Shown: positions 8,560 to 17,891 of the stretch, in pieces
How the letters are laid out: the number at the start of each line of letters is the position of its first letter
Position numbering within the stretch: the first letter of the stretch is position 1
Assembly: GCA_040751795.1 (NCBI GenBank)
Contig: JBFMHR010000005.1
Span: forward strand, 32,001 to 96,000
From: Thermoplasmatota archaeon
Lineage (GTDB): Archaea > Thermoplasmatota > Thermoplasmata > UBA10834
Length of the DNA: 64,000 bases
Direction: 5' to 3'
Translations under genes and position numbers: made by a program
The notes under the pieces: model-generated
Databases searched by the model: none
Seen by the model: only the letters and a program-made list of their open reading frames with translations
What the model was told of the DNA's origin: nothing

Positions 8560-9526
8560 CCCCTTGGAACGCCTGCAGGAAGACGTCCTCCAGGCTCATG
8601 CGGTCAGGGGTGTAGCTCCTGACCTGCACCCCGTGCTCCCTCGCGAGGCCGAAGATGCCCCTGCCGTCCCCGCAGCCGCGCACCGAGAAGGAAGCCTGGC
8701 CGACGCCCTCATCCGCCTTCTTGACGACCGTGCAGGCGGCGCCCAGGGCGCGCGCGAAAAGCTCAAGCGCCTTTGCATCGCCCCTGACGGTGAGGTTCTG
8801 GAGCCCCTCCTCGCCGGCCATGAGCGCCCCCATCCGTCCGTCCCTGACGAGGCGGCCATCGCTGATGATGATCGCGTGGCCGCAGACCCTCTCGACCTCC
8901 TGGAGGATGTGCGATGAGACTATGATGGTCTTCCCGGTCGCGCCGATCCTCCTCACGAGGTCGAGCATCTCCTCGCGCCCGTTGGGGTCCATCCCGCTCG
9001 TCGGCTCGTCCAGGAACAGGAGCGCGGGGTCGTGCACTATGGCCTGCGCGAGCTTGACCTTCTGCTTCATTCCGGTCGAGTACGATTTGACCAGCCGGTA
9101 CCTCTCCTCGCCGATGCCGACGAAGTCGAGGACCTCGTGGCACCTCTGCATCGCGTCGCGCTGCCCCATCCCGGATATCTGCCCCATGTACGAGACGAGC
9201 TCCACGGAGCTCATGGACGGTATGAGGCAGTCGTGCTCGGGCATGTAGCCGATGTCGTCCCTGATGCGGAGGCTCTCGGTCTGCGAGTCGAGGCCGCCGA
9301 CGGAGATGCTCCCCCTCTCGAGGGGCACGAGGCCGAGCGAGGCCTTGATGAACGTGCTCTTGCCAGCGCCGTTCGGGCCGAGCAGGCCGATGACCCCCTC
9401 GGGGATGTCGGCCGTGAAGCCGTTCAGCGCGACGACCTGCCCGAACCGGACGGTGACGTCCTTCGCGGAGAGCCGGTGGGCCCCTGCCGTCCCGTCCGCT
9501 GCGGCGCCATCGCCCGCCGTGGTCAT
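8540..9526 (-). CDS. ABC transporter ATP-binding protein
   Basis: GPNGAGKST; YSTGMKQK; LFLDEP; SSH. Confidence 0.92.
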   Translation of the reverse strand: MTTAGDGAAADGTAGAHRLSAKDVTVRFGQVVALNGFTADIPEGVIGLLGPNGAGKSTFIKASLGLVPLERGSISVGGLDSQTESLRIRDDIGYMPEHDCLIPSMSSVELVSYMGQISGMGQRDAMQRCHEVLDFVGIGEERYRLVKSYSTGMKQKVKLAQAIVHDPALLFLDEPTSGMDPNGREEMLDLVRRIGATGKTIIVSSHILQEVERVCGHAIIISDGRLVRDGRMGALMAGEEGLQNLTVRGDAKALELFARALGAACTVVKKADEGVGQASFSVRGCGDGRGIFGLAREHGVQVRSYTPDRMSLEDVFLQAFQGGGPSGD

Positions 9527-9579
9527 CCGTGGGGCATCGGCATCGCCGATATATCAGTTGAGGGCGGAATCCCGCCGGC

Positions 9580-10545
9580 TCATTCCAGGAGGGCCGTCCC
9601 GACCACCCTGAGCTTCCCGCCCTCGAGGTACGCGAGGACCGCCTTCGAGCCTGGCGGGAAGGCGAGCGGCTTCTGAAGGGAGAGGGACAGGCGCGGCCTC
9701 CTCCGGTCCCCCGTGTCTGAGACGCCCGCGACCCTGGCGGGCACGAACTGCATCCAGTGCCCGACATGGAGGACCATCCCCTCGGCGATCGGGTTGAGCC
9801 AGTACTTGACGACCTCCGCGACGCAGGTCAGCTCGTTCCTCGCGACCAGCGCGGGGTCCGTGGTGAGGACGGCGCCCCTGTCCAGCTCCTGGGCGGTGAT
9901 GCCCTTGAGCGCCAGGCCCACCCTGTCCCCCTTGACGGCCCAGTCGAAGTCGTCGTCGTGCTTCTGTATGGACCTTATGTCAGCCCTCTTGTCGTCCGGC
10001 AGGACCCTGAGCGAATCGTGCTTCCTGATGTGCCCGTCCGCGACGCGCCCGAGGACGACCGTGCCGACCCCCTTCACGTCGAAGTGGTGGTCCACCGGAA
10101 CGGAGCCGCGCGACGGCCCCTCCGGCTCCTGGCCCCCGGCCTTCTCCGCCTCCGCGAGGAGCATCTCCCGGAGGGCGGTGTGGTCGTCCTGGACCACCTC
10201 GTACGCCTCCAGGGCAGTGCCCCTCACGAACGGGGCGAGCTGGTCCACGGTGATGTAGTTCCTCAGGACCATCCAGCCCCTGCGCACGCCGACGCAGTCC
10301 AGCATGACGATGGTCTCGCCGAGGACGGGGCTGATCTGGTCGACGACGACGAGCGCCGCGTCGGCCATGGATGCGCAGTGGAAGAGCGTGGAGAGCCTCT
10401 CGGGGTACTTCGTCGGCTCGACGAACGTGACGGTGGCCTCCCCCCTCTTGATGTCGAAGAAGGTCATGTCCGAGGCGGTCGACCTCTTCCCCAGGTCCCT
10501 GGCGTAGTCCGGGGCGCCGACGACCACCACTGTGAGGTTCGCCAT
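9580..10545 (-). CDS. Archaeal SelB-like (aSelBL) EF-Tu/SelB-family protein with degenerate G domain
   Basis: LGKRSTASDMT N-terminus; domain II VDHHFDVKGVGTVVLG and IRSIQKHD...GDRVGLALK; no canonical GxxxxGKS/T. Confidence 0.8.
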   Translation of the reverse strand: MANLTVVVVGAPDYARDLGKRSTASDMTFFDIKRGEATVTFVEPTKYPERLSTLFHCASMADAALVVVDQISPVLGETIVMLDCVGVRRGWMVLRNYITVDQLAPFVRGTALEAYEVVQDDHTALREMLLAEAEKAGGQEPEGPSRGSVPVDHHFDVKGVGTVVLGRVADGHIRKHDSLRVLPDDKRADIRSIQKHDDDFDWAVKGDRVGLALKGITAQELDRGAVLTTDPALVARNELTCVAEVVKYWLNPIAEGMVLHVGHWMQFVPARVAGVSDTGDRRRPRLSLSLQKPLAFPPGSKAVLAYLEGGKLRVVGTALLE

Positions 10546-10613
10546 GCGGTCAGGGGTAGGCGGGGTCCCTAATTATCCTTTATCAAGCGACGCTGCGCAG
10601 AACGATGCTCCGC

Positions 10614-10931
10614 TCACCTGAGCTTCGAGTGCTGGTCCAGGACCATGCATATCTCGCTGCTGACGTCGTGGCTGACGACGCCGGTCTTCTCCTGGTCCCT
10701 GACGTAGTCCCTGGCCGAGGCTATGGAGATGCGGGACGCCTTGGCTATGACGCTGGCGATGATCGTGCGGGCGACGGCCTCGTCCACCTCGTAGTGGGCC
10801 ATGATCTCCCTGAGGCCGTACTTCACCGAGTTCAACCTCCCCACGTTGAGCATCGTGGTCTTCTCGTTCTCGCGCGGGGCGTACCTCCTCGGCTCGTTCC
10901 TTCTCTTGCCCCTGTAACCAGTGCGCCGCAT
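10614..10931 (-). CDS. Conserved hypothetical protein, basic N-terminus
   Basis: C-terminal 105 aa of track ORF 10614..11831 (MRRTGYRGKRR...) with host-like codon usage. Start is uncertain (10931 or 10976). Confidence 0.65.
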   Translation of the reverse strand: MRRTGYRGKRRNEPRRYAPRENEKTTMLNVGRLNSVKYGLREIMAHYEVDEAVARTIIASVIAKASRISIASARDYVRDQEKTGVVSHDVSSEICMVLDQHSKLR

Positions 10932-11014
10932 CGCCAACGGTATCTCTCCGGATGGGTATCCAAACGGGCCAGTCATACTTAAATCTTCACTGAAATCCGT
11001 GCCAGTGGGTGGAA

Positions 11015-11719
11015 TCAGGCATCCTTCCTCTGGTCGGTGTGTATGGTCGGCTCGTCCCACTTGAACGCCCGCTGGCAGGTGTCGGGCCCCAGCTTGACGT
11101 CGAAGAGGCCGGCCCTCTTGCCGTACACGAGGGCCAGCATCAGGCCGACGACGGCCACCAGGGCCAGGGCGGTGGCGATCCCGGGCTGGAGGACGAAGCT
11201 CTCTGTGATCTCGACCCTCAGGAGGTCCCAGACCGGGTCCATGAGGCTCTCCCCCTTCGTCAGGTGCGCCCCTATGGAGCCGGTGGCGCCCGTCACGCCC
11301 ATCGCCGCCGCGGCCACCAGCACGTAGACCGCCGCCATCGCGGGGCATGTCCAGAGCCCTCTGCCGAACCTGAACCTGATGAAAACCACCATGGACCAGA
11401 GCGCCATGGAGAAGACCGTCAGCGTGATCTTGTTGCGCACGTCCTCCGGGACTATCAGGTCCTCGAGGGGCCACGCGTACATTCCCGTGTATGTCGAGAG
11501 GAACATGCCTATGAGGCCGCCGACGGCCGCGACGTACCCGGTCGCCTCGGCATACCCCCTGACCTTCATGGCGAGGTCGACCAGGGACTTGGGGAACCTG
11601 TTCCTGTAGCGGACGACGACCTGCGACGCGGCGACAGCGACGATGCACACGAAGGCCAGCGTGAGCATGCCCCCGTGTATCTCGGCCGTGAGGGAGTGCA
11701 GCGACGACATGCTGACCAT
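11015..11719 (-). CDS. DUF2231-like multi-TM membrane protein, possible heme-b binding
   Basis: About 5 TM; LHSLTAEIHGG at the N-terminus and TGSIGAHL; ATG directly follows the stop of the upstream gene. Confidence 0.7.
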   Translation of the reverse strand: MVSMSSLHSLTAEIHGGMLTLAFVCIVAVAASQVVVRYRNRFPKSLVDLAMKVRGYAEATGYVAAVGGLIGMFLSTYTGMYAWPLEDLIVPEDVRNKITLTVFSMALWSMVVFIRFRFGRGLWTCPAMAAVYVLVAAAAMGVTGATGSIGAHLTKGESLMDPVWDLLRVEITESFVLQPGIATALALVAVVGLMLALVYGKRAGLFDVKLGPDTCQRAFKWDEPTIHTDQRKDA

Positions 11720-12682
11720 CTATCTCGACCTCCTCTCGACGACGCGCTTCCTGATGAACAGGGCCATGACGACCATGATCCCCACGACGCAGACGATGAT
11801 CACCGCGCCGGCGCCGATGGTGACCACCCACTCCAGCATCGATACCAGCTCCGACTCGTTGTCGACGAACACCGCGATCTCCTTGCTCACCGAGTCGCCG
11901 GTCGAGTCGACCACCGTGACTATTATCACATGGCCGCCCTCGGTCATGTTGGTCGTGTCAACGGTCCAGCTGAACGGGGCGGAGGCGAGCTCGCTCACGA
12001 CGGTCCCATCGATCTTCAGTGTGGCGGACTCGATCTCGTCCACGCTGACGATGTTGGCGTTTATCGTGAGGTTGCCCGACACCGTTGCGGAGTTCGAGGG
12101 CGAGGTTATGACGACCGTGGGGATGTTGGCGACGGGGTCGCCGTCGCCCCCGTCGTCGCCGCCGGAGTAGTCGGTGACGGTGAAGACGAGGCCGGCCGAG
12201 TAGTCGTTCGCGTAGGTCCCGGGGCCTCCGTGCATCTCCCTCGCGAAGAGGACGTGCACGCCGAGGCTGGACGGCGCAGTGAGGTCCCACGACATGGACA
12301 CGGAGCCCTGGTAGTCGGAGACCTCGTAGTAGTTGTAGGTCGTCGACCCGCTGGGGTCGGCGACGATGGCCCATCCGTCGGCGGAGGGCTGGCTGTTCGT
12401 GTAGGTGGTGGAAGACACGATCATTACTCCGAGCGGCGAGTCGTCCGCCTCCCCGCCGGAGACACCGACGGTCAGGGTCAGCGCCCCGCCCGGCGCGGGG
12501 GTCACGTTGGTGGCGCTCATGGTCATGACCGACGTGCTGGTGGCGTCGTGGCAGGAGCCGCCGCAGTCGTACTCGAGGTCGTCGCTGTCGACTCCTCCTG
12601 GGTTGGCGTATATGCCAGGAGACATGACTATCGCGGCCAGGACCACTCCCATGACGAGAACGAGCAGGTTGCCCTTCCTCAG
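11720..12682 (-). CDS. Membrane-anchored Reeler/choice-of-anchor-V-like protein with CX3CH motif and Ig-like domain; putative c-type cytochrome
   Basis: Probable CTG start after a G/A-rich SD-like stretch; signal peptide ...IYA|NPGG; DCGGSCH; WDLTAP...REMHGG; Ig-like PTVVITSPSNSATVSG; C-terminal TM + RKR. Confidence 0.75.
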   Translation of the reverse strand: MRKGNLLVLVMGVVLAAIVMSPGIYANPGGVDSDDLEYDCGGSCHDATSTSVMTMSATNVTPAPGGALTLTVGVSGGEADDSPLGVMIVSSTTYTNSQPSADGWAIVADPSGSTTYNYYEVSDYQGSVSMSWDLTAPSSLGVHVLFAREMHGGPGTYANDYSAGLVFTVTDYSGGDDGGDGDPVANIPTVVITSPSNSATVSGNLTINANIVSVDEIESATLKIDGTVVSELASAPFSWTVDTTNMTEGGHVIIVTVVDSTGDSVSKEIAVFVDNESELVSMLEWVVTIGAGAVIIVCVVGIMVVMALFIRKRVVERRSR

Positions 12683-12833
12683 ACTCTCTCCCCCTCGGCC
12701 CTTGAGCTCCCGGGCCCTCCGCCCGATAACGGGGTTATCGTTAATAATCGTTTTGAGTTCGTCGCGCCCTCGCCTCCGACCGCCACTGATTAAATATGGC
12801 GAACCTGTTCCTGAGACACTGGGGGCGAGTTCC

Positions 12834-14870
12834 GTGGCTCCGGGGAACATCCTTCTTGCGATGAGCGTGATATTCTCAGTCGCCTCGGCTCTGCTGTCCG
12901 TACCTCGGATCGCAATGATGGTTCCCGCAAGAAGGTTGGTGGCCGAGTGGCTTATGGTCCTCTCGTTCCTCTCCATCACAGGGGCCCTCGCCCTCATCGT
13001 GCACGCCTTCACATCGTTGGACTTCTCGGTCCTATACGTCTGGGAGCACTCGTCCTCGGACCTGGACCCGCTGTACAGGCTCTCGGCAGTCTGGGCCGGA
13101 GGCGGTGGCTCCCTCCTGCTGTGCACGTGGTTCATCTCCTTGTCATGGCTCATCTCCTCAGCCATGATCTATCAGGGGAACGTCAGCGCAGGGAAACAGA
13201 GGCCTGGGGCAAGGTTCGCATCAGTGTCCTCGGCAATCATGTCCGTCTTGGTCGCCTTTTTCGCATTCACTGTCCTCATGTCCGGCGTCTTCGACAAGAC
13301 CCCCGCCGCGTCCCTCGCTGCAAACCCTGATGGCCTGGGCCTGGATACACTCCTTCAGTCTCCGGAGATGGTCCTCCACGCGCCCCTGATACTCGGCGCA
13401 TATGCCGCGCTCTGCTCGGTGTTCGCGTCGTCGGCCGCACATCTCGTCACGGGTGATCGTCACTGGCACAGGGTCTCTCTCCCGTGGGGAAGGTTCGCCT
13501 GGGTGACGCTGACCGCCGGAATCGGCCTAGGGGCCGTGTGGGCGTACTATGTCATCGGCTGGGGAGGCTACTGGTCCTGGGATCCGGTGGAAACCGCCTC
13601 GCTCGTCCCGTGGCTCATGGTGACGGCCTTCCTGCACACACAGCAGAGGCAACTCCAGAAGGAGGAGTACCCGGTCGCGTCTCCGATGTTCGGAATGCTC
13701 TCGCTCGTGGGGGTCGTGTTCGTCTCCTTCGTCGTGCGCGCGGGAGGGCTGTGGAGCTCCTCGGTGCATGACTACGGCGCCTCGTCGGAGTCATCGGCCG
13801 TGGCCAGGCTCGCCTTGCTGCTGTCGAAGGATCCGTCAGTCGCGGGCGTCCTCGTCTTCATGCTCGCCCTGCTGGCCGCATCGCTCATCCTGTCGTTCCG
13901 CGCGAGCAGGAGGCTCGGCCCGTCCCAGCCAGTGGGCGCGCCGCCGAGGCTGAGCGGGTACGTCACGGACCGCAACAACATGTTCGCGGCAGTGGTCCTC
14001 ATCGCCCTGTCCGCGTCGGTGGCCGTCGCGCTGATGCTCAAGACCGTCGGGTCGGACGCGGCCGCGACCTACGCGGAGCTCGACCAGAAGATGACCGCGC
14101 TCTTCGTCGCGCTCATGGTCGCCCTCGCCCTCTGCATGGCCTGGAGGCTCGTGGGGAGGGAGCGCGCCCTCCCGATGGTCCTGGCCCTGGTCGTGGCCTC
14201 GGCCGTGCTCGCGGCCGTGGCGGCGTGGACCGGCGCCGTCGACGGCGCGGTGGCCTTCGCGCTGCCGTCGTGCTGCCTGGTGATAGTCGCCTCTTCTGTG
14301 AGGCTGGCACAGACTCTGTCGAAGGGGCCCGGCAGGAGCAGGGCCTACAGGGCCGGGGCGCAGGTCGCGCACATCGGGGTCGCCCTTCTCATCGCGGCGT
14401 TCGTGGTCTCGTCCAACATGCAGTCGTACCCTGCCCAGGGCCCAGAGGTGGCGCTGGGGGTCGGGGGCCAGGTGTCGGTCGGTGACTACGTGGTCGAGTT
14501 CGTCCGCATGGACTTCAGCTACGATGTCGATGGACGCCCCGCCGGCGTGACGATGGTCAGGACGGCCTACGTGGACATCTACGAGGGCGAGAGGCTCGTC
14601 CAGGTCGATGTCCCCCTGGAGGTGCTGTACGGCGGGAACGAGGCCGCGGGTTACTACGAGCTAGAGAGGGTGGCCTTCGTCGACTCCTCCATCTCCGGGG
14701 ACCTCTACCTGAGCTACGCGGTCATGTCCTACGATGTCATCCTGCTGCACGCGAAGGTGGTCCCTGCGATGTGGGCGCTATGGGCCGGCGCGCTCCTCCT
14801 GATCTCCGGGATGGCCGTCCGCATGTGGGCCTTCGGCCCGACCGAGGCGGCCTCCCGCGAGGACGCCTAG
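12834..14870 (+). CDS. ccmF: Cytochrome c biogenesis heme lyase CcmF
   Basis: WWD motif WGGYWSWDPVETASLVPWL; His motifs LHAP, FLH, SVH and AHIG; many TM helices. Start is probably GTG 12834. Confidence 0.9.
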   Translation: MAPGNILLAMSVIFSVASALLSVPRIAMMVPARRLVAEWLMVLSFLSITGALALIVHAFTSLDFSVLYVWEHSSSDLDPLYRLSAVWAGGGGSLLLCTWFISLSWLISSAMIYQGNVSAGKQRPGARFASVSSAIMSVLVAFFAFTVLMSGVFDKTPAASLAANPDGLGLDTLLQSPEMVLHAPLILGAYAALCSVFASSAAHLVTGDRHWHRVSLPWGRFAWVTLTAGIGLGAVWAYYVIGWGGYWSWDPVETASLVPWLMVTAFLHTQQRQLQKEEYPVASPMFGMLSLVGVVFVSFVVRAGGLWSSSVHDYGASSESSAVARLALLLSKDPSVAGVLVFMLALLAASLILSFRASRRLGPSQPVGAPPRLSGYVTDRNNMFAAVVLIALSASVAVALMLKTVGSDAAATYAELDQKMTALFVALMVALALCMAWRLVGRERALPMVLALVVASAVLAAVAAWTGAVDGAVAFALPSCCLVIVASSVRLAQTLSKGPGRSRAYRAGAQVAHIGVALLIAAFVVSSNMQSYPAQGPEVALGVGGQVSVGDYVVEFVRMDFSYDVDGRPAGVTMVRTAYVDIYEGERLVQVDVPLEVLYGGNEAAGYYELERVAFVDSSISGDLYLSYAVMSYDVILLHAKVVPAMWALWAGALLLISGMAVRMWAFGPTEAASREDA

Positions 14871-15112
14871 TCGCCGCTGCCTCCCCTTCCCCTTTTCGGC
14901 GAGAGCTTCTCCTCCTCCGCCTCCTCGACAGGGTAGAGCCTCGCCCCGCACTTCCTGCACAGCCTCTCGCTGGCCGGGTTCGCAGCGTCGCACTCGGGGC
15001 ACCTGGTGACCCCGGAAGCTATCCTCCTCAGTTGCCTGAGCCTGTCCGGGTCCATCCTGTACATGGTCGCCAGGAGCGCGTCCCTCTCCTTCTCCGTCCG
15101 CTGGGCCGCCAT
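14867..15112 (-). CDS. Small zinc-ribbon protein
   Basis: CPECDAANPASERLCRKCG; GGAGG SD upstream. Confidence 0.7.
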   Translation of the reverse strand: MAAQRTEKERDALLATMYRMDPDRLRQLRRIASGVTRCPECDAANPASERLCRKCGARLYPVEEAEEEKLSPKRGRGGSGD

Positions 15113-15148
15113 GGTCCTCCCGGACGTGGGATCGCGTGCAGGGACGAT

Positions 15149-15196
15149 AAAAAAATGGGTTCTCGGGCCCCGCAGCGGCGGGGCCCTTCGGGTTTG
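15149..15196 (-). terminator. Probable terminator of the aminotransferase gene
   Basis: Minus strand: AAACCCGA, hairpin GGGCCCCGC-cgct-GCGGGGCCC, then a T-run. Confidence 0.55.
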
Positions 15197-15206
15197 TAGG
15201 GTGCGC

Positions 15207-16550
15207 TCAGTCCGCGCGGTCCTTGTCGACCTTCTTGATGCACTCCTCGAGTATGTCCATGCCCGTCCAGAGCTGCTCCTCGGGTATGTTGAGGGGCGGG
15301 ATGTACCTCGTGACGGACTTGCCGCAGGGCAGGAGCATCAGGCCCTTCTTGAAGGCGAGCTCCGTGATCCGGTCCCGGCTCTTGGCCGCGTGCTTCTTGG
15401 TCTTCCTGTCCTGGACGAACTCGTGGGCCAGCATCATGCCGACGCCCCTCGTGTCGCCGATGATGTCGTACTTGTCCTGCATCTCGACGAGCCTCTTCTT
15501 GGCCTCCTTGCCGAGCTTGGTCGCGCGGTCCAGGAGCTTCTCCTCCTCGAGGACGTTCAGTGTGGCAATCCCTGCCGCGTGGGACAGCGACGCCCCGCCG
15601 AAGGTGTTGGAGTGCCTGCCGTACCTGTCGAAGTTGAGCTTCGCGTCGACGATGGTCGCGCCGAGCGGCAGCCCGCCGCCGAGCGACTTGGCGCTGCAGA
15701 TGATGTCGGGCGCGACGTCGAAGTGCTCGCAGGCCCACATCTTCCCGGTCCTGCCCATGCCGGACTGGACCTCGTCGTCGATGAAGAGGCACTTGTACTT
15801 CCTCGTCAGGTTGAAGACGCCCTGCACGAACTCCTTCGGGGGCACGACGTACCCGCCCTCGCCCTGGATGACCTCCATGCTTATCGCGGCGAGGTCGTTC
15901 GGCGGGATCTGGTTCTCGAAGTAGACGTCCTCGATCGCGCTGACGCAGCGCATCCCGCAGGACGGGTACTCGAGGTTGTACAGGCACCTGTAGCAGTACG
16001 CGTACGGGACGTGGAAGACGCCGGGCATCAGGGTGGCGGTGTAGCCCTCCCTCTGGACCCACTTGCTGGCCGTCAGCGACATCGCGCCGGCCGTCCTGCC
16101 GTGGAAAGCGCCCATGAAGTCCATCAGGACCTGCTTCCCCGTGGCCCTCTTGGCGATCTTGATCGCCGACTCGACCGACTCTGCGCCGGTGTTGGAGAAG
16201 AAGACCATCTTCTTGTTCTTCCCGGGGGCGGACTTGGCCAGCCTCTCGGCCATCTCGTTCTGCAGCTTGCAGTAGAAGTCCGTGCCCGCGACGTGCGTAT
16301 ACTTGTCGACCTGGTCCTTTATGGCGGCGACGACCTTCGGGTGCCTCGCCCCGACGTTCAGGACGCCCACGCCGGCGTAGAAGTCGATGTACTTGTTGCC
16401 GTCGATGTCCTCTATGACCGAGCCCTCGGCCTTCTTGAAGACGAGCGGCCAGGACTTGGTGGCCTTCACTATCCACTCGTCGTCCTTGGCTACGGCCTTC
16501 TTGGCCTCCGGTCCCGGCGGCTCCACTTTGATGTCTGGCACTTTGACCAT
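15207..16550 (-). CDS. Class III PLP aminotransferase (4-aminobutyrate/acetylornithine type)
   Basis: NTGAESVE; AFHGRT; EVIQGEGG; DEVQSGMGRTG; AKSLGGG; HSNTFGG. Confidence 0.92.
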   Translation of the reverse strand: MVKVPDIKVEPPGPEAKKAVAKDDEWIVKATKSWPLVFKKAEGSVIEDIDGNKYIDFYAGVGVLNVGARHPKVVAAIKDQVDKYTHVAGTDFYCKLQNEMAERLAKSAPGKNKKMVFFSNTGAESVESAIKIAKRATGKQVLMDFMGAFHGRTAGAMSLTASKWVQREGYTATLMPGVFHVPYAYCYRCLYNLEYPSCGMRCVSAIEDVYFENQIPPNDLAAISMEVIQGEGGYVVPPKEFVQGVFNLTRKYKCLFIDDEVQSGMGRTGKMWACEHFDVAPDIICSAKSLGGGLPLGATIVDAKLNFDRYGRHSNTFGGASLSHAAGIATLNVLEEEKLLDRATKLGKEAKKRLVEMQDKYDIIGDTRGVGMMLAHEFVQDRKTKKHAAKSRDRITELAFKKGLMLLPCGKSVTRYIPPLNIPEEQLWTGMDILEECIKKVDKDRAD

Positions 16551-16774
16551 CGTAGAACACTCCCTTGTGATGCCGTAAGCGAATGACTGATAAATCGATT
16601 ATGGTAATACACGAATCCCCGGCCCGAAAATAATCCGATTTCGAACATCTGGATACGATAACCGGAAGGTTCTCGGAGCCCGAGGCCCTCGTGCGCGCAC
16701 GGGAGGGCGGGGAGGAGGACTGGGCCGCGCCGTTCAGGCCGTCCCCACCACCAAGGCCGTCGCTCCCCCAAACG

Positions 16775-16782
16775 TATATAAA
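16775..16782 (+). promoter_or_regulatory. TATA box of the rpoK-rps2 operon
   Basis: TATATAAA preceded by CCAAACG, about 40 nt before the rpoK start. Confidence 0.65.
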
Positions 16783-16823
16783 GGGGTCACATTTTAGGGG
16801 TTAACTCCGCCGAGGATGACTCC

Positions 16824-17000
16824 TTGAGGTACACTAGGTTTGAGAGGGCCAGGATTGTAGGCGCCCGAGCGCTCCAGATAAGCATGGGCTCGCCGGTCCT
16901 CATCGAGCTCAAGGACGAGGGCATCGTAGACCCCATAGAGATCGCGATACGCGAGTACGACATGGGCGTCATCCCGATGACGGTCAAGCGCGAGACATGA
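16824..17000 (+). CDS. rpoK: DNA-directed RNA polymerase subunit K (Rpo6)
   Basis: Translated by hand from TTG: [26 protein letters not shown]...[23 protein letters not shown] (58 aa, below the track cutoff). Confidence 0.95.
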   Translation: MRYTRFERARIVGARALQISMGSPVLIELKDEGIVDPIEIAIREYDMGVIPMTVKRET

Positions 17001-17012
17001 CGAGGTATCACG

Positions 17013-17651
17013 ATGGATGATGAGGCCGTAGAGACGCAGCCACAGGAGGAGCAGACGAGCCAGCTGCTCATACCGGAGGAGGTCTACCTCACATCCGGAG
17101 TCCACATCGGCACCCAGCAGAAGAGCGCCGACATGAAGGAGTTCATCTTCAAGGTAAGGACCGACGGCCTGTACGTCCTCGACGTCAAGAAGACCGACGA
17201 CAGGATAAGGGTCGCGGCCAGCTTCCTCGCGAGGTACGACCCGGCGAAGATACTGGTCGTCTCGGCGAGGCAGTACGGGCAGAAGCCCGCCAAGGTCTTC
17301 GCGAAGACCCTGGGCGCGGCCGTGGTCGCGGGCAGGTTCGTCCCCGGCTCGCTCACCAACCCGATCCTCCCGCACTTCATCGAACCGGAGGTCATATTCG
17401 TCACCGACCCGGCGGCGGACGAGCAGGCCCTGAGGGAGGCCCTGAGCGTCGGCATACCGATCGTGGGCATCTGCGACGCCAACAACGAGACGAGGCACGT
17501 GGACCTCGTCGTGCCGTCGAACAACAAGGGCAGGCGCGCCCTCGCGACGGTCTACTGGCTCCTGACCAGGGAGATCCTGAAGGCCAGGGGCACGGTCAAG
17601 ACGGACGACGACTTCAAGATGACCGTCGACGACTTCGAGGCCTCGCTCTGA
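17013..17651 (+). CDS. rpsB: 30S ribosomal protein S2 (uS2)
   Basis: [13 protein letters not shown]; [11 protein letters not shown]; [10 protein letters not shown]. Confidence 0.97.
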   Translation: MDDEAVETQPQEEQTSQLLIPEEVYLTSGVHIGTQQKSADMKEFIFKVRTDGLYVLDVKKTDDRIRVAASFLARYDPAKILVVSARQYGQKPAKVFAKTLGAAVVAGRFVPGSLTNPILPHFIEPEVIFVTDPAADEQALREALSVGIPIVGICDANNETRHVDLVVPSNNKGRRALATVYWLLTREILKARGTVKTDDDFKMTVDDFEASL

Positions 17652-17836
17652 GGCGTGTCGGGCCTGGCATTCTCCCGTTATCCGGGGAATCAATCATGAA
17701 CCACGCTGAAGGCTCACGGATGTGTTCTCCGCCAGCAAGGGATACGCACACGCATCACGGGTGAGCGTGATTCTCGCGCATGCTGCGACATTGCCCAAGG
17801 TCTGCGACAGCCCACGCAGCTGCGATCGGACCGCAG

Positions 17837-17891
17837 TTTTGTGGCAATAGTGATAAAATATATATGAATGGACTAACAATTATTGCACAGA
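17837..17891 (+). promoter_or_regulatory. AT-rich promoter with an imperfect inverted repeat flanking the TATA box
   Basis: TTTTGTGGCAATAG ... AATATATAT ... TTATTGCACAGAA directly before ATG 17892. Confidence 0.5.

Noticed and set aside
9580-10545. Selenocysteine machinery
   Set aside because: The protein lacks the GTPase P-loop and SelB C-terminal extension, and I saw no in-frame UGA selenoprotein candidate.
16560-16770. Possible ncRNA (hairpin CCCTCGTGCGCGCACGGGAGG; CCGGAAGG)
   Set aside because: Lacks SRP helix-8 context and C/D or H/ACA boxes; explained as a divergent promoter region.
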